Assembly (NCBI GenBank): GCA_946965045.2
Contig: OX337229.1
Coordinates: 6,014,001 to 6,078,000 of the forward strand
From: Epithemia pelagica
Lineage: Eukaryota > Protista > Bacillariophyta
Length of the DNA stretch: 64,000 nt
Direction: 5' to 3'
Under the pieces are notes generated by a model. The model was not told the DNA's origin and searched no databases. It was given only the letters and a program-made list of their open reading frames with translations. Positions 13,989-28,136 of this stretch are shown here, piece after piece. How positions within the stretch are numbered: position 1 is the stretch's first letter; every line of letters starts with the position of its first letter. Position numbers and translations under genes: made by a program.

Positions 13989-16900
13989 ATGGTTCATCTG
14001 GTGGATAGCGCACACTACGACGATGATGAAGAAGCAGAAGAGGACATTGAAGAAGAGGAGGAGGAAGAAGAAGAACTCGAGGAGGACGAGGAAGTTGTAG
14101 CAGCGGCCGTGGTTCTTCCGCCACCAGACGACGACGAAGAAGAATCGGTAGCGACCGAAGACAATGAGGAAGAGGTGGCCGAAGTGGATGCCTCCGTGGA
14201 GGAAAACGACGACGACGAGGAAGAAGACGAAGAAGTCGTCATGGCGGCCGTCATAGTGGACACGAACAACAACGCGGAAGAGGACGACGAGGATGAAGTA
14301 GTCTCCGTAGCGGAACCGGTAGAAGTCGTTTCCACACCGCCTCCGGCCAAGAAACGAAAAAGAGCCCCAGCGGCCTCGACCAAGAAAGCTGCGACCGATG
14401 CCGCCACCAAAAAGAAAAAAGCGGCAGCAGCCACCTCGAAAAAGGGGGGTCGGAAGCGAACCGTCTCGGTCAAAGCCAAGGCGGCGAGTCAAAGTGGTAG
14501 TAGTGGCAAAGCGGGTGGTGGTTCAGAGTATGATTCGGCCGGAATTCCGGCACCGCGCATTGATGCGGCGGGTGCCGCGAGAAAGATGCTCCAGGATTCG
14601 GTAACGTACTTGCCGGCAAACTTGGGGGACTCACAAGTACGAGCGTTTGGAAGATTGCAAGCCACTACTGGTGCAAGCTCCTCTGCCCAGAATCCGTTTG
14701 CGACGTCCACGGCCTTGTATTCGGTCGGATTCTCCTGCGATCTTTACGACTTTTCTCCAGCACATGGTCGACTGTTGAAAATCCGTTGTTCCATTTTGGA
14801 CGGTCGACGGATTCTACAACAACGACGAGAGTTTGGTCTTTTGAATAGTGCCCGTCCTACGGAAGAACCCACAATCCATGAAGGGCCAGTCTTTCGTATC
14901 ATGTGGGGACGTGGTATCGACGAAGACGAAATGGATGAGTACAAGTATGACCCCTTTCTGCATTCCGACTATGTGCTCGTGAATGGCAAAGGAACTGCCA
15001 CAAAACGACAGACTCGTGCCATTCCGGTAGAAGATATGAGGGTGAAAACACGATTCGATCAAAACGAGTATTACATGGGAACGATTGTCAATGTCAAGAA
15101 GAAACCGTCGGATGGAAAGCAATCCGACAAGGTTTCGCTAACGATCCGATACGACGACGGAACGCACGAGCAAGCTGAATTTCCAGACCCTGATATACAA
15201 CTCTTTTTGCCCGGTACGTGTCTCTCTCAGATCCTTGTTGTTTCAGTACGGCAGTTCCTCACGGTGTGTTGGTTTGTCGATAGGCACGGACCCGGACATT
15301 GATCCGGAGGACGGGAAAGTAGGGCTTACACACATTGGAGGGAAGCCAGTCATGTCGGTGATTGGTTTCAGTCCCCTGGAAGCGTGGTGTCGAGCATTGA
15401 TCAAGCTGGGTCTGATAGACGAAGTGATGCAAGATGCAGGATTCGAGGAGGTGGACAAGCTCCGTTCCAAAGTTGGCCTACCAAAGGGAAAACCAAATAG
15501 CATTAGTCGTCGAAAAAGCGACTCAGCATCAGCTATACCAGATGAAACACCTTCCGGCGATACATCTGCTATAGTGAGTGAACAACACAGTGAAGATGAC
15601 GGAAGTCCTCGCCAACAATCAGAGAGAGAGAAGCACCTTCGTCGGGAGATTGATGCTCTGCTTGACGAGCTACGAGATGCGACGGACGAAGACCGTCAAG
15701 CCCAGAGATCCCTTGCAGAAGCGAGAATATCAGAGACTGGTCCATTTTTAGCCAACCCTTTCTACACAGATTCTACCAAATCACAGCAAATGACATGGCT
15801 GTCGGCTGCGATCAAGCGAGAGAGGAATCGCATGGGAAGCAACAAGCGCAAAGTCATTACAGCTGTCCACATTCTCGACAAAGGGGACACGTTCTACAAC
15901 CCTGACATCAATGCTCTGATGGAAGGCTTACCAGGAAGCGAGCTCTGTTCTTCCTACATTTTCCGGTCGCACCGTGGGAAAGCTGGTCAGAAGGCTGCAT
16001 CTGGACAAACTCGGCTGTTGGTCCAGGAATCGCGTAAACGACGGGAACCAGCCGAGACCAAGAAAGGCAAAATTACGAAAGCCGAAGCAATCAAAGAAAA
16101 GGAAGAGATTGAGAGGAAACGAAAGAGACAAGAACAAGAAGAAGAACGTGACAAACGAAAGCGGCAGAAGATGGAAGAAGAAGACCAGAGGAAGCAGATC
16201 CGTGTCAAAGAACGTCTGGATCGTTTGCGTGTTCAGGTTGAGGACCGCCTCTACAAAGATGTAAACCTGCAGCGCGAGAAAGTTGCATTTGCACTCGCCA
16301 GAACTTTGGGGAAGGAGTTTAGTCGAAGGCGAAGGGCTGCTGAAACTTTGGCTGCTCAAGTTGTTCTCGAATCAAAACGAAAGCTCAAGTCTAGTTTTAT
16401 GACTTCCTCACCCTCGGACAAAGCTCTACCCAGCCTGTTCAAGTGTTACAGCGAAGATGTCGTTCGAGTGTGGGACTTTATTTCTACGTTTGGAGAATTC
16501 CTGGTTGCGCGTGGGTACATAAACGAAGTTCCTGGACTAGATTCGCTTCAGTCTGCTCTGGACTGTCTGATGGGAAAGTCTGTGGTAGGGATGAGACGGG
16601 AGGATGCTGTCAGTGAACTTACAAACTTAGCTATCGCATTGTGCAAGCCATTGTCCGCAACACTGACTCGAGTTCTGTTTGCAAGCCTTATTGCTCTGAA
16701 CCCCAATCTCCAGAAAGAGTACGGTGCAGCTTTCTTCAACGAAATGAGTTCGGGCGAACCACCGAAAGAAGAAGATGCAATTAAAGCTGATGTTTTGCTT
16801 CCGGTGAACCCTCTTACCTGGCAGGAGGTTGCGCGCATGGCCTTCGTGGCGGACGCTCTGGGCGAGCTCGGTTTCCAACGTCACGAAGTGGCACATATGC

Positions 16901-19900
16901 TGCGTGGGTACCGTTCCGCAGGCCATCCCAACTCAAAAGAAGCTCAGAGGTTGCGAAAGGTAGAAGGGCATACAATTGCGATGACCAAACAAGAAGTAGC
17001 AGAAGGGAAACATGCCAAATCTAGACCGCCTGGTTCTCGGACGCGAATCGATATTCCTTGCACTCCTGTATGTGATTCATCATCGTATTGGTTTTATCTT
17101 CACATTTTCTCGTCGGTTCCGGAGAATGCAGTGACAGACATGCTCTCATGTCTACAAACAGCTATTGAAATGCTGAAGGATTCGACGGGCGAAAATCTCG
17201 CTTTACGAGGAGAACTTCTTTCAGTTCAGGAGACGCTGAAGAGTATTGTGGATCCCTCACAACCAACAAAACCCGAGCTGAAAGTCATTCGTAAGGCTCG
17301 CCGTCAGCTGCTAGTCGCTTTCGACAAATATGGGGGCAATCGGCTTTCGAGTAAAGAGGTGGCAACCAAAGACGGAAAATGGTCTTGGCAGATTGTGCGA
17401 TCTGATGCCTGGGCAGTTCGGCAGCAGATGGGCCTCTTGAAATCGCTTTCATTGACGAGGGAGGAATACAAAAAACTGACGCAAAAACGAGAGATGTATA
17501 TGGAAGATGCACTCCAAATGAAGGAGGAGATGGAACGTGAAAAGATCAAAGAAGAAGGAGAGGATGACGACGATGATTTCGAAGACGATGATGATGACGA
17601 AGGAGGAAACCAAGCAGAGGTGGTCACCGGTGGTGAGAATGGCTCGAAGAATGCGGAAAGTTTGGAGTCAGACGCAAAAGGGATACCAAAGATCGGCAAG
17701 GAAACACCTTATGACGAATTTTGTGCAGACGTTCCTGAAGCACCAGAGCTGATCCGTCGGTGTCTTGCTGTCCTTCGTACACTGGCCGTTACAAATGCTG
17801 CCGAACCGTTTTTATTTCCAGTTGACCCTCAAACAAACCCGGGGTACTATGATATGGTTCTTCGTCCTATGTGCCTCCGAGAAGCTGGAAGGCAGTTGCT
17901 GAAGGCAACCAACGCCGACAATGCCGATGTCGAACAAACTGTTTTGGATTTTGGGAGGAATGTAAGATTGATTTCTCAAAATTGTCTTTCTTATTCGAAC
18001 GCTGGTGCAATGGTGATCGCTGCTGGTGCCGAGATGTTAAGGATATTTGAGCGCTTGCTTTTTGATTGGGTTCTAGCTCCGGCACATCTTCTTCCACCCT
18101 TGGAATCCCTTGATGACGAAAAATGTATCGATCATCACCCTACGGACGAACAATCTACTGTTCTGTTGTGTGATAGCTGTGAGGGCAAATACAACATTCG
18201 TCGTCTAGAACCACCTCTGAAAGAGATTCCGAAAGGAGACTGGTACTGTCCTCGTTGTGTATCAGGGCGTTGGTGGGGATCTCTGGATCCTAGGATTGGG
18301 AAACGCGTCTCACGAAGTTCAGATGGGAGTTCGGGTCTTATTGCTCGCTGTTTTTTCAGTTACGGTGAAAATAGGGACGACTCTCCTTCTCTACTGTACG
18401 AAGTGAGATTCCCTGGCTTTTGTACAGAGTTCTGGTCACTGGAAAAGATTGACAGCGCTCTTAAATTTGCTGGTATTTCTGTTGATCCGATTCCTTGTCT
18501 TCAGGCAGTGGCGGAGAGTCCAGGGTACGGGGAGAGTGTCGACGCCAAGTTGCGAATGGATCATCTCGTTCCAGTCCCACTCGATCCTTACACTTCTGAT
18601 GCCGCCGCGAGGGCCGTGTTGGCGAGCTCAGTGTTTAGGGAAAGTCTTTTGGCATCTGCGACTTTGTTGTTGATAGACCCAAATGACATGAGTGCAGATG
18701 AATGGTTGCGTCTCCTTGTTCTCCTTGTAATGAAATGTTCAGCGAGTGATGTCATTCAAAATGTGGTATCGAAGATGGAGACTGAGGCTGCTGAGAGGAT
18801 GCAACCCAAGGTCGAAGCTCTTTCAAAGGTTTCTGACATCAAAACACTTCTTGCGGGCGCTGTAGATGATGATGATGATGAGGACGACGAGAACCAAGAA
18901 GAGATCTCAGAAACAAATATGGAGAACGGATCTAAGGTGGTCGAGACAAGAGAAGTTCCTGATGGCTCTGTTTCTTCCAGTCCACATGTCATGAAAGACG
19001 AGCCTGTTGTCGATGTGGATGCCGGTGCTGTGGAGGTTATAGAAGAAGTGGACGCTATTAGTGCGGCAGCAGTCACATCGAGTACACCAACACCTTCTCC
19101 TGAAGGTGTATCAGCTCCAGTGACTGCGAGTGCATCGTCAATCGAGGAAATCCGCGATCCCTTTAAGGAGAATCTCATAAGGAAGGCGAAGAGGCATAAA
19201 GTCATTGAAGATCTTTTTGTTGCTCACGCAATCAAGAACCAGATCAAAAGTGCTGTTGCTTCATTTGATGAGGATACCATTTCCGCTGTTGTGGATTCCG
19301 CGCTTTCTGGGGAATCCGTAGGGCTTGACTTTCGAAGTTTGCATTGTAGAGGATCAGTTTGTGCCTTTTGCGGTCTTTCTGACCAGGCTCTTGGATGTCC
19401 CCTCATGCGGGTGCCAAATTTTGAAGAATGGAACGAGCAGATTCCGTTTGCCGTGGCAAAACGGAGAACTCACTTGGTTGCTGACGATGTAAGAGAAAAT
19501 GTGGACAAGAAACTAGTTGCAGTCCGTGTGCGACTTGACGGCGATCTTATTTCGGAGTCTGATTCTGATCTTGAAAAATTCGATGATGGCGGAATCTTGG
19601 AGCTTGCGCCGCATGCAGAACGAGGTTTTCAGAACGAGTTACAGTTCCGGTACGAAACCGGACTTCCTTTTGTTACAGGATCGCTAGTCGCTCACGAGTG
19701 CTGTGCTGTGGCGGCTCACAACTCGAGAAAAGAGCAGATGATGCAAAACTACCGAGACACTCAAGCGGAAGTAATTGAGCAAGATGCAGGCCTGGAGTGC
19801 GGCCGTACGCTGGAAATTGGTACTGATCATAGCGGACGAGTCTACTGGAAACTCAAATCGGATCCTGATTCCCTCTTTGTCTGCCAAACGTCCAATTCCA

Positions 19901-20898
19901 AAGTCGAATGGTTTCGTTTCCCGGACTCCGTGACTGTGGCTGGGGTGATCGCATGCCTCGGGAAAGATCCAGTTGTAAAGAGCCTCAAGCGACTGTATTC
20001 TACAGCATTTGGATATGTCAAGGATGGTAGTTGGTCGAGCAGGATTCTTCAACGCCAATTTCCCAAGATAGCTGACCTTGTGGCTGCCGAAGCGGATGGA
20101 TCGGCCGCTGCGACGAGCCGGACTAATAACGAGATTCAGGTGGAGGGCGGCTACGATGCGTATGTGGAAGGAGAAAGCGTTTTGGTGGAGTCCAAGTCCA
20201 ACCTATTTTTATGGGACGCTTCAATTATCGAGCTATCGAGAAATGCCAAAGACTGTCCAATTGACGCCTACAAAGTCCAATACACTGGCTGGAGTTCTAG
20301 ATTTGTGGAATGGGTCCATCCCAGTCGAGTTGCCGAACCCAGCGAACACAACCGCGCGCTCCAATCCGAGCTATTGGAGGAACTGGCTTCCTCTCGTGCA
20401 GGTCTCCCCACAGATTTGAACTTTTTGATTGCCAAGGACTTTTTGCTTTCCGGGGATAGAGCGCGAGGGTCCGTTCCGCTCCCAGACTTTTGTAAAATAT
20501 CATGGACGGATGAAAGACGATCGACCAGCGAAAAGATTTTGGGCTTGATGAAGGTCGCCACGCTAGCGATTGAAGCTGCCTTACCAGTTGGGTCAATTCA
20601 TAACACGGAAACAGGAACATGGCGGAGCAGCTACGCCCGAGAATGGAGAGAATTGGTTCGAACCTGTGAGGGACCTGGTGCTCTGATGCGACTGGTGATT
20701 CATTTGGAAGACAGCATTTCTCCGGAATGGATGCGTGAAGACGTTGGTCACTTGAGGGCATGTTTGCCCAATCGATGGAAAGCCGTGGGAGAATCCTGTG
20801 CCTCGGGTCTCGCAATTCGAATTATTTTGCTCGATCGGTGTTTGAAGTATGGCTCTTTTGATCGCAAACGCTACGCCAAACGCAAACGACGAAGCTAA
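13989..20898 (+). CDS. Large chromatin protein with FYRN/FYRC, Tudor-like, DDT, bromodomain, PHD, WHIM and chromo-barrel motifs (BAZ/ACF1- or plant MBD9-like architecture)
   Basis: Intron 15214-15283. FYRN-like 'VGFSCDLYDF...IRCSILDG...GPVFRI'; FYRC-like 'GFSPLEAW' and 'LMEGLPGSELCSSYIFR'; DDT 'VVRVWDFISTFGEFL'. Bromodomain 'AEPFLFPVDPQTNPGYYDMVLRPM'; PHD 'LLCDSCEGKY...PPLKEIPKGDWYCPRC'; WHIM 'IGTDHSGRVYW'; chromo-barrel 'YKVQYTGWSSRFVEWV'. The true start may lie upstream. Confidence 0.85.
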
Positions 20899-21801
20899 GA
20901 AAACTACTAGCAAAGACCATTTTTCCAGACTGATGGAGTAGTTTTAGAATTTCGTATGACCCACATTCCTCGGTCTGCAAATATCTGTTTCCTTATGTTG
21001 GTTGGTCGGACGGTTTAATACACGAGCTCGTACTCTCCTACAAAGCAAGGATTCTCCCCTACATAGTGTTCGGAGCTAACACATACAACGAAGAAACAAC
21101 TTGCTGACCACACAAAAATCGCAAGACAGGTCTCAAGATGATGCTGATGCACGTGACAAAGTATAACTTGCATAGAAGACAGTGGGTGTTTGGATCCTGC
21201 TTCTCGCGTCATGTTTGTGTTTGTCTCGTGTGTGGTCTGGGCCTGTCAGGAACACATAGTGTCTCTTCTCCATCCGCAACAAACGACGTATGGTGCAGAT
21301 TCTTCAAGTCTTTACCGTTCTTACTCCTCACCCTTACCACTCAAGCAATATAATCCTTGGGAGGACCATTGGTGGAAGACGAAGAAGCACGCCATGGTAA
21401 TGGAAGGCGACAATTTTTTTCCCTCGCGGAGAAAGGGGCCCGTCCGAAACATTCAACCTGTGTCCACACCCCCTTCTATTCCAAGAAAAGAATGGGGTCA
21501 ATGACAGCCCCCCTTTTCCATCACATGGGTATAACTCTAACTCTAACGGAGGAGTACATACCTTAGCACGATGGGTTTTGTTGGGAATCCCCAGCGGGTT
21601 GAGTCATGAGGATTAGTGATAGAATGCACGATATGTAGAAGGGAATAAAGCGCAGCGCATTCGATCACGCGGGACTCAAACATCCTTGCTTGGGAGTACT
21701 TTGTTGGGTCTTGGGTCGAGTATAGAGGAGTAGGAGTAGGTAGTGTTTTGTTTTGAGGCATAGTTTTCTTGCAAAAACCAAAAAAGAGAGAGAGAGCGAC
21801 C

Positions 21802-23526
21802 ATGGTGAAACGTCAAAAGGAAAAGCAATACCTTTCGGCACGCGAACAACGTGATTATCAATCGATTCGATCGGGATCTTCCTCCTTGTCATCGTCCAAA
21901 TCTCGTCCCTTGCCCTTTTGGCATTGTGCCTTGACCTTGCAACCCATTACCCATACACCAGTGTGCAATGGCCAAGGCCTCTTGTTTGAACAAACCGCCT
22001 TGGCAGCCTTTGTGTTGCAACATCACAAGGATCCCGTCACTGGTGAACCCATGTCCACACGAGACATTATCGTCTTGACGAATATTGCCACGGATGACGA
22101 AACGGGAGACTGGCAATGTCCCATTTTGCAAAAATCCTTGCAACGCAACATCAAGGTGGTGGCCATTCGACAACGAACCAAACAGGAATCGAATAATGAA
22201 TCCAACGAAACCAACAATACCGCCAATGTGTATTCGTATCAAGCCTACCAGGAATTCAATGTCAAGGCCAAGAATTATACCGATCTCTTGACCGGTCTGG
22301 CCTTTGATCGCCACAAGGATGTCATTGTCTTGAACGATCCTGATCATCCCAAACCCGATATCAGTCAATTTTATCACATTCAACACGCACGAGAATTACT
22401 GCATGCAAACAACAACAACAGCCAGGACAAGAATGATATTCGTCACAACCGTACGGCGTCTCGTATTTTGGACAAGCTGGAGAAAAAGAAAAAGAAGAAG
22501 CGAACGGAGGACGAGGAGAAACAAAAGAAACGAGCTCGAGAACCACTCGTTAACAAAAAAGAAGAAACAAACAGTCCTAATAGTTACCATCATCCCTTGT
22601 TGGGCCAAGTCTTGGCGCAAGATGTAACGGGAGTGGCATACAATATCGCTCAAGGTGCCGCATCCTTTACGTCCACGCATGTGGCAGCGCCCGAGCAAGC
22701 AACAACCACGTCGTCCTTGGCACGACCGGCAACGTTGGAAGATCTCTTACAAGCCGAATTTCGAATCTTGACGACCGGTTCGTTCAAGGGACGCAAGGGA
22801 TTGGTGGAACTGACGGTGCAACTCGAACCCAACGACAAGGGAAAAAATGACCCACAATCCTTGACCTTGACGTTGGAATTGCACACGGACATTTGTCCTC
22901 GTACCTGTGCCAATTTTTTGGGCTTGTGTGCCGCCGGAGCGTACAATGGCAGTCCTTTTCATCGTCTCATTCCCAAATTCATGATTCAAGGAGGCCGCGC
23001 GGTACCACCAGCACCGGACCAAACCGTGTGGAACACGTCCTCCATGGTGGATGAATTGGATGACCGGTTGACGCATACCGGTCCCGGTATGGTGTCCATG
23101 GCCAATGCCGGTCCCAATACCAATACCCGGCAGTTCTTTGTCACCTTTGCGTCCTGTCGACACTTGGATCGCAAACATTCCGTCTTTGGACGAGTCGTAC
23201 GGGGACTCGAGCATTTAAAGACACTGGAACAAGTACCGACAACCGCCAAGAACAATGTTCCCAAACGAGCCATAACCATTGTCTCGACCAAAATCTTGGA
23301 CAATCCTGTTCAAGAGGCGCATGAACTGGAACTCGAGCGATTGCAAGGCATTGTGAATCAACGACAACGTCGACAAGAAAAGGAGCAGCCAACGACCAAA
23401 CGGGCCAAAACAACCCTGGGCCATTTCAAGACGTCGGCAAACGACGACGATACTACAAATGGGGTTGGAAAATACCTGGTCCATCGTCGCATGCAAAAAC
23501 AATCGTCGACGAAACCAAAACCATAA
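21802..23526 (+). CDS. PPIL2: U-box/RING-type cyclophilin (PPIL2/Cyp60/CYP65)
   Basis: N-terminal 'LPFWHCALTLQPI..PVC..QGLLFE...KDPVTGEPM' and 'WQCPILQK'. Cyclophilin core 'PRTCANFLGLC..GAYNGSPFHRLIPKFMIQGG' and 'SMANAGPNTNTRQFFVTF...HLDRKHSVFGRVV'. Confidence 0.92.
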   Translation: MVKRQKEKQYLSAREQRDYQSIRSGSSSLSSSKSRPLPFWHCALTLQPITHTPVCNGQGLLFEQTALAAFVLQHHKDPVTGEPMSTRDIIVLTNIATDDETGDWQCPILQKSLQRNIKVVAIRQRTKQESNNESNETNNTANVYSYQAYQEFNVKAKNYTDLLTGLAFDRHKDVIVLNDPDHPKPDISQFYHIQHARELLHANNNNSQDKNDIRHNRTASRILDKLEKKKKKKRTEDEEKQKKRAREPLVNKKEETNSPNSYHHPLLGQVLAQDVTGVAYNIAQGAASFTSTHVAAPEQATTTSSLARPATLEDLLQAEFRILTTGSFKGRKGLVELTVQLEPNDKGKNDPQSLTLTLELHTDICPRTCANFLGLCAAGAYNGSPFHRLIPKFMIQGGRAVPPAPDQTVWNTSSMVDELDDRLTHTGPGMVSMANAGPNTNTRQFFVTFASCRHLDRKHSVFGRVVRGLEHLKTLEQVPTTAKNNVPKRAITIVSTKILDNPVQEAHELELERLQGIVNQRQRRQEKEQPTTKRAKTTLGHFKTSANDDDTTNGVGKYLVHRRMQKQSSTKPKP

Positions 23527-24044
23527 GATTATGGCATGTGCCCAATGAGAAACACTGTGCATTTCCTGGACCCACCAGAAACTCATCAGTCCTTGTTTGT
23601 GTGTGTCGGAACCAAACCAAGGGCATCGTTTCCAATTGTGGGGATGCGAGACTACACCCGAGCATTTGGAGGGATCTATGATTATATATTGGAGTGTCAG
23701 AATGCGTTGCCAGCACGTGTGGACCCATGTGCTGTGTTCTTCTTCTCTTTGTCAAAGAATGACGTTTGCCGGACGAAAACGACGCACCTATTGCTGCTGC
23801 AATGCGCGCACCAGCAGCAGCAGTCTAGCAACACACAGCACTCTGTAAATAGTATACGAGCACACCTTTGAACAGAACCCGGCGACAGCGGAACTCATTC
23901 GTGTCACACTGCTCGCGAAAGGAACACAACGGATCAAACCGATTCTTTGATGCTAATACGACTGGTGGGTTGTCGACTGAACTTGATGCTAGCTATATAT
24001 TATTCTAGAAGTCCACAGATATAGTACTTCGTTTACGTTGGCTG

Positions 24045-27000
24045 TTAACTTCCGGATCCCAGGGCGGTGAGAGCTTTGGCAATGGCATCCTGAATTTCCC
24101 GGAGTGTCCCCTTTTGCCGCGCTCCAATAGCTACGGCAAGACCTCCCACCAGTTCTTCTCCCTTGCACAGTCGGTAGAGTTTTTGGAGTGCAATAACGCA
24201 TTCATTTCGAAGTGTGGTGCGGTAGGCTCGGACTGCCGTAACATGTTTCAAAATGCGAAGGGCACTCTTTTTGGAACCATGGAGGGAATCCATGACGGTG
24301 GTGGTTGTCGTCGTTGTCGTGGACGAGGAGTCCCCCGTCGACAAGAGTGTACTCACAGATACACCCGATGGTCCCAACACCAGAAAGAAACCTGCCACCA
24401 GCTGGGAAAGGGACCCCAACATGAGGGCTTGCGATGCCGCTGTTTCTCGTTGCCCGTACAAGACAATGGATTTGACGACCCCATCGGCAATGGCAATTCG
24501 TTCCGCCGGAGACAAGGATACCTGTTCCGATAACAACTTCATCAAGCTGGTCCAGTCCAAGGATACTTCCGGGACATGATGAATCAGCCAATCCAATTCT
24601 TCAAACGGCAAGCCTTGCTTGAACAAGGCAGCGGCAAGCCCTCTGCGACTGCAGACAATCCATCGTACCAAGGACTCGGTGGCAAAGGAACGCATGTTAG
24701 AAGCGCCAGGAACGGAACAAGCTGACGAGACCAGACATCGAACGGTCAATAAATCTCGTGTGGCTAACAGCTCTCGAGAACTAACCTCCCATTGAAACTG
24801 ATCTTTCATACGATGTTGCAAGACGGATGAATTGGCATTGACCAGCATCGTCAAGAGAAACAGAATGATTCTTCGAACCCCCGGACGCATCCAAACCTCT
24901 TTGATAGGGCACTTGAATAGGGTCAAGGGATCCTCTATCAGCTTGGTATACGTGACAAACACCGGGGGAGCATGGAGCCTGGAAAGGAGTGCACTGGCCG
25001 TGGTACTAACGAGCGTTTGGTCGCTACACGTCAAAAAGGCTTGCAGAAACAGTCGTTCTGGCCGGGATCCGGATCGATCCGCGTCTTTGGGGGATGATGA
25101 CAAGCTGGAATGAAGGCGATGTTGGAGTTCTTCCTGACCCATCATGGTATCCTGTTTGGTCCGTGTGAACAGAAAACGAGGACAGGACTCGAGTCTCTGA
25201 TGATAACGCGAGAGTTCTATAACATCGGGTGCATATTGATCCAGGCACTCGAGCAAAAAGGCTTTTAATGCTCCAGAAATGGCACGGTTCCCATCCTTTG
25301 AGGAGTGAAGGAACAACCACACTTGTCGGAGCGGCATCAACCGAGGATTAAAACCAAATGCATTTCCCGGTGATTTGTCAAGAAACACAAAACAGTACAC
25401 CAACTGCAGTAAAAAGATGGCGCACTCCGTATCTATTGGATTGCTGTGCCATGTTTGCAAAAAGGCGGTCGCTTGGAGTTCGATACGCAGGGAGCTGACA
25501 ATGGGAACGGTGGGTCCTTCCAGATTGTTCCAGTACGACACCATGTTGACCATGAGAGGAAGCGTTTGTCGATCGGTCAAAAGTTGCATGGCCAGAGATT
25601 TGGATGGCGTTAGAATCAATGTGGTGAGAATTCGTTCCACAGTCTCCTTGGATAAAACGCTTGGACATGCCTGCATCACGACCGGAACCGAGGATGCGTC
25701 CTCCCGTAGTGTCGTGTCATCCAGCGAGGCTACGACCAAGGGCAAGAGATTCAGGTCACGATTGGCACACCATTCCCGGAGAGCAACTTCATCCTCTGTC
25801 CATCGTGCTTTGTACAACAATATCACGTCATTGTTTGCTTTTAAGTAAGAAAGTAAAAAGCTTCGAAATAAATGGGGCTCTGCTGATGGAGAAGAAGAAA
25901 GCAAGGTCGAAGCGAGAGAACCCACAAAGGCTTTGGTTTTCAGAGTTCCAGCCGCCTTCCACAGCTCTTTCAAACGATTCATCATGGGCTCCAAACTATG
26001 CCGTTCCTTGTCATCTGTGCTGGACACCTCTATTCTCGATTTGTCCAGGATGTAGGTCATGTATAGGATACAGGGCAACCACAAACAATAAATGTCGTTG
26101 TCCCAATCCTGCTGGCTGTCGTCCGTCGTTTGATGTGGATGGAGCAAAGAGAGGAGACGATTCGTTTCTTGGAGCACCCGATTGGTACTGGCGGGGTCCA
26201 AGAATGGCACACGACGCAGGGTCGAAAAGTCTTGTGTCACGCATACCCACAACAAGGCTTGAAGCAATAAACGCCGCTGTGCTGGACCAATATTACCACA
26301 ACCACTCGTACGGGGCAACAAGCCAAGAGTCAAAACATGGAGAATTCGAGGAATCCATGTTTCCACCCGGTTGACAATGGACTGCACCATGGACGGATGG
26401 AATGGATCCTGGTTGCTGCTCGGGTCCAGGAATGACGATGACGACGACAAGTGCTGCACTAACAAACAGGCGACCGTGATGGGATCCGCCGGATCCTCCA
26501 AGGCCAATTCCAGTTGGACATTGAGTAACATGTTGGTTCCTCGTAACGTGGTTCGAATGCGGTGTCGTTCTCGTGGTGACAGACTCGCCAATTCCAAGAG
26601 CGAGGCCCGAGCCAGTTGGTATTGTTGCGTCGACCAGCCAGACGACGACAAGGACGAGTGGGACGATGCCATGACCGTGGCCGAGGGGATTGTCGTGGTC
26701 GTTGTTGTTGTTGTTGGAATTGGATTGTCACTCGTGGGCAAGACAGGGGCAGCAGTAGCAGCATCCAACATTGGACGTTCCTGGTCGTTGTTGCTGTTGT
26801 TGTTGGTAGTGTCATCGTGGGTGTTTCCGTGAGAATGTAAAAGAACGAGCAGGCATCCGCGGACCAAACAGGGGAGCGCGGAGGGACAATTGACGGCCAA
26901 TCGTTTGAGGAGGACAGGTGTTTGCGGTTGTCCGGCCCGACACAAGGCCGCCGCCAAATGGGTATACCGAAGGACGGGGGCATGATACAAGAGCGAGGCA

Positions 27001-28049
27001 CAGGTGGCCCCCAAATCGGTGGACCCCGCACCACTTCCACTGGTTTCGGAAACGACACGAACTTGGGCCAAAATGGATTCTTCCATGGAGACACGCTGTC
27101 GTGGTTGTTGTTGTTCTGCCGGCTGGATGATGGTGGTGGTTGCGTTTGTCGTACTCTGTTTCGTTGGCTCGATCGGTGCCGTGGTAGGATCTGTAGGAGT
27201 AGGAATAGAAGACCATTGTTGTCGTTGTTGCTGGTGATGATGATCTGTTTCGTGTTGCAAATATCCCGCCACCAGCAATGCCAATTCGGACAGCGTCTTG
27301 GTACAAAAGGCTTCTTGGGAATCCTCGGCTTCTCCCCGTGCCAAGAGAATGGACTCGCGTTCTCCTGTTCCAGTCGTTGTTGTTGTTGTAATCGTCGAGC
27401 CGAGCGACAAAAGGCGTTTGCGTTTGGGGACACGTGGAGGTGGAGCTGGACAATGACGAGAATCTTGTGGTTGTGGCAGTTCGACATCCGAGTCCTCTTC
27501 CTCCTGGTCCTCGTCTTCTTCGTCTGGGTCTCCCAAACTCAAATCCTCGTCACCGGTTGTCGCACCGGCATCACTAGTGTGGTGTTGTTGTTGCTGTTGT
27601 TGTTGGGATGTTTTGGCCCGTTTCGTTTGGGTGCTCGTCGCTCCCGAGGCACGTTGGTTGTGTTGGTGTTGGGATGGTGCTTGTTGAAATCGGGAACTGG
27701 AGGGATTGAGTGCGACGGCCATGAGCGGTGCCGTATTCCACTGATAAGGGTTGTTTGTACGCTGGAGAGGCGGCAGTTTGGCAATTTTGCGACAGACAAA
27801 GGGGGACAAGTGACAGGCAACAACTTCGACACTTTCCGAGACGGAATAGACGGCGGCTCGATCTTCCAATCGTTGAACGGCCTGTTCCAATTCCGAATCG
27901 TAACTGGAGGAAGGAGGATGCTGGTCGTCGTCTTTCCTGACTGCTGTATCATCATGAGGAGGATTTGGGGGGTCGTCCTGGGTATTGTTGTGGTCCTCAT
28001 TGTCTTCTTGTTCTTCTTGTTGGGGGAGGTTCTGGTTGTTCCGTGTCGT

Positions 28050-28136
<87 letters not shown>

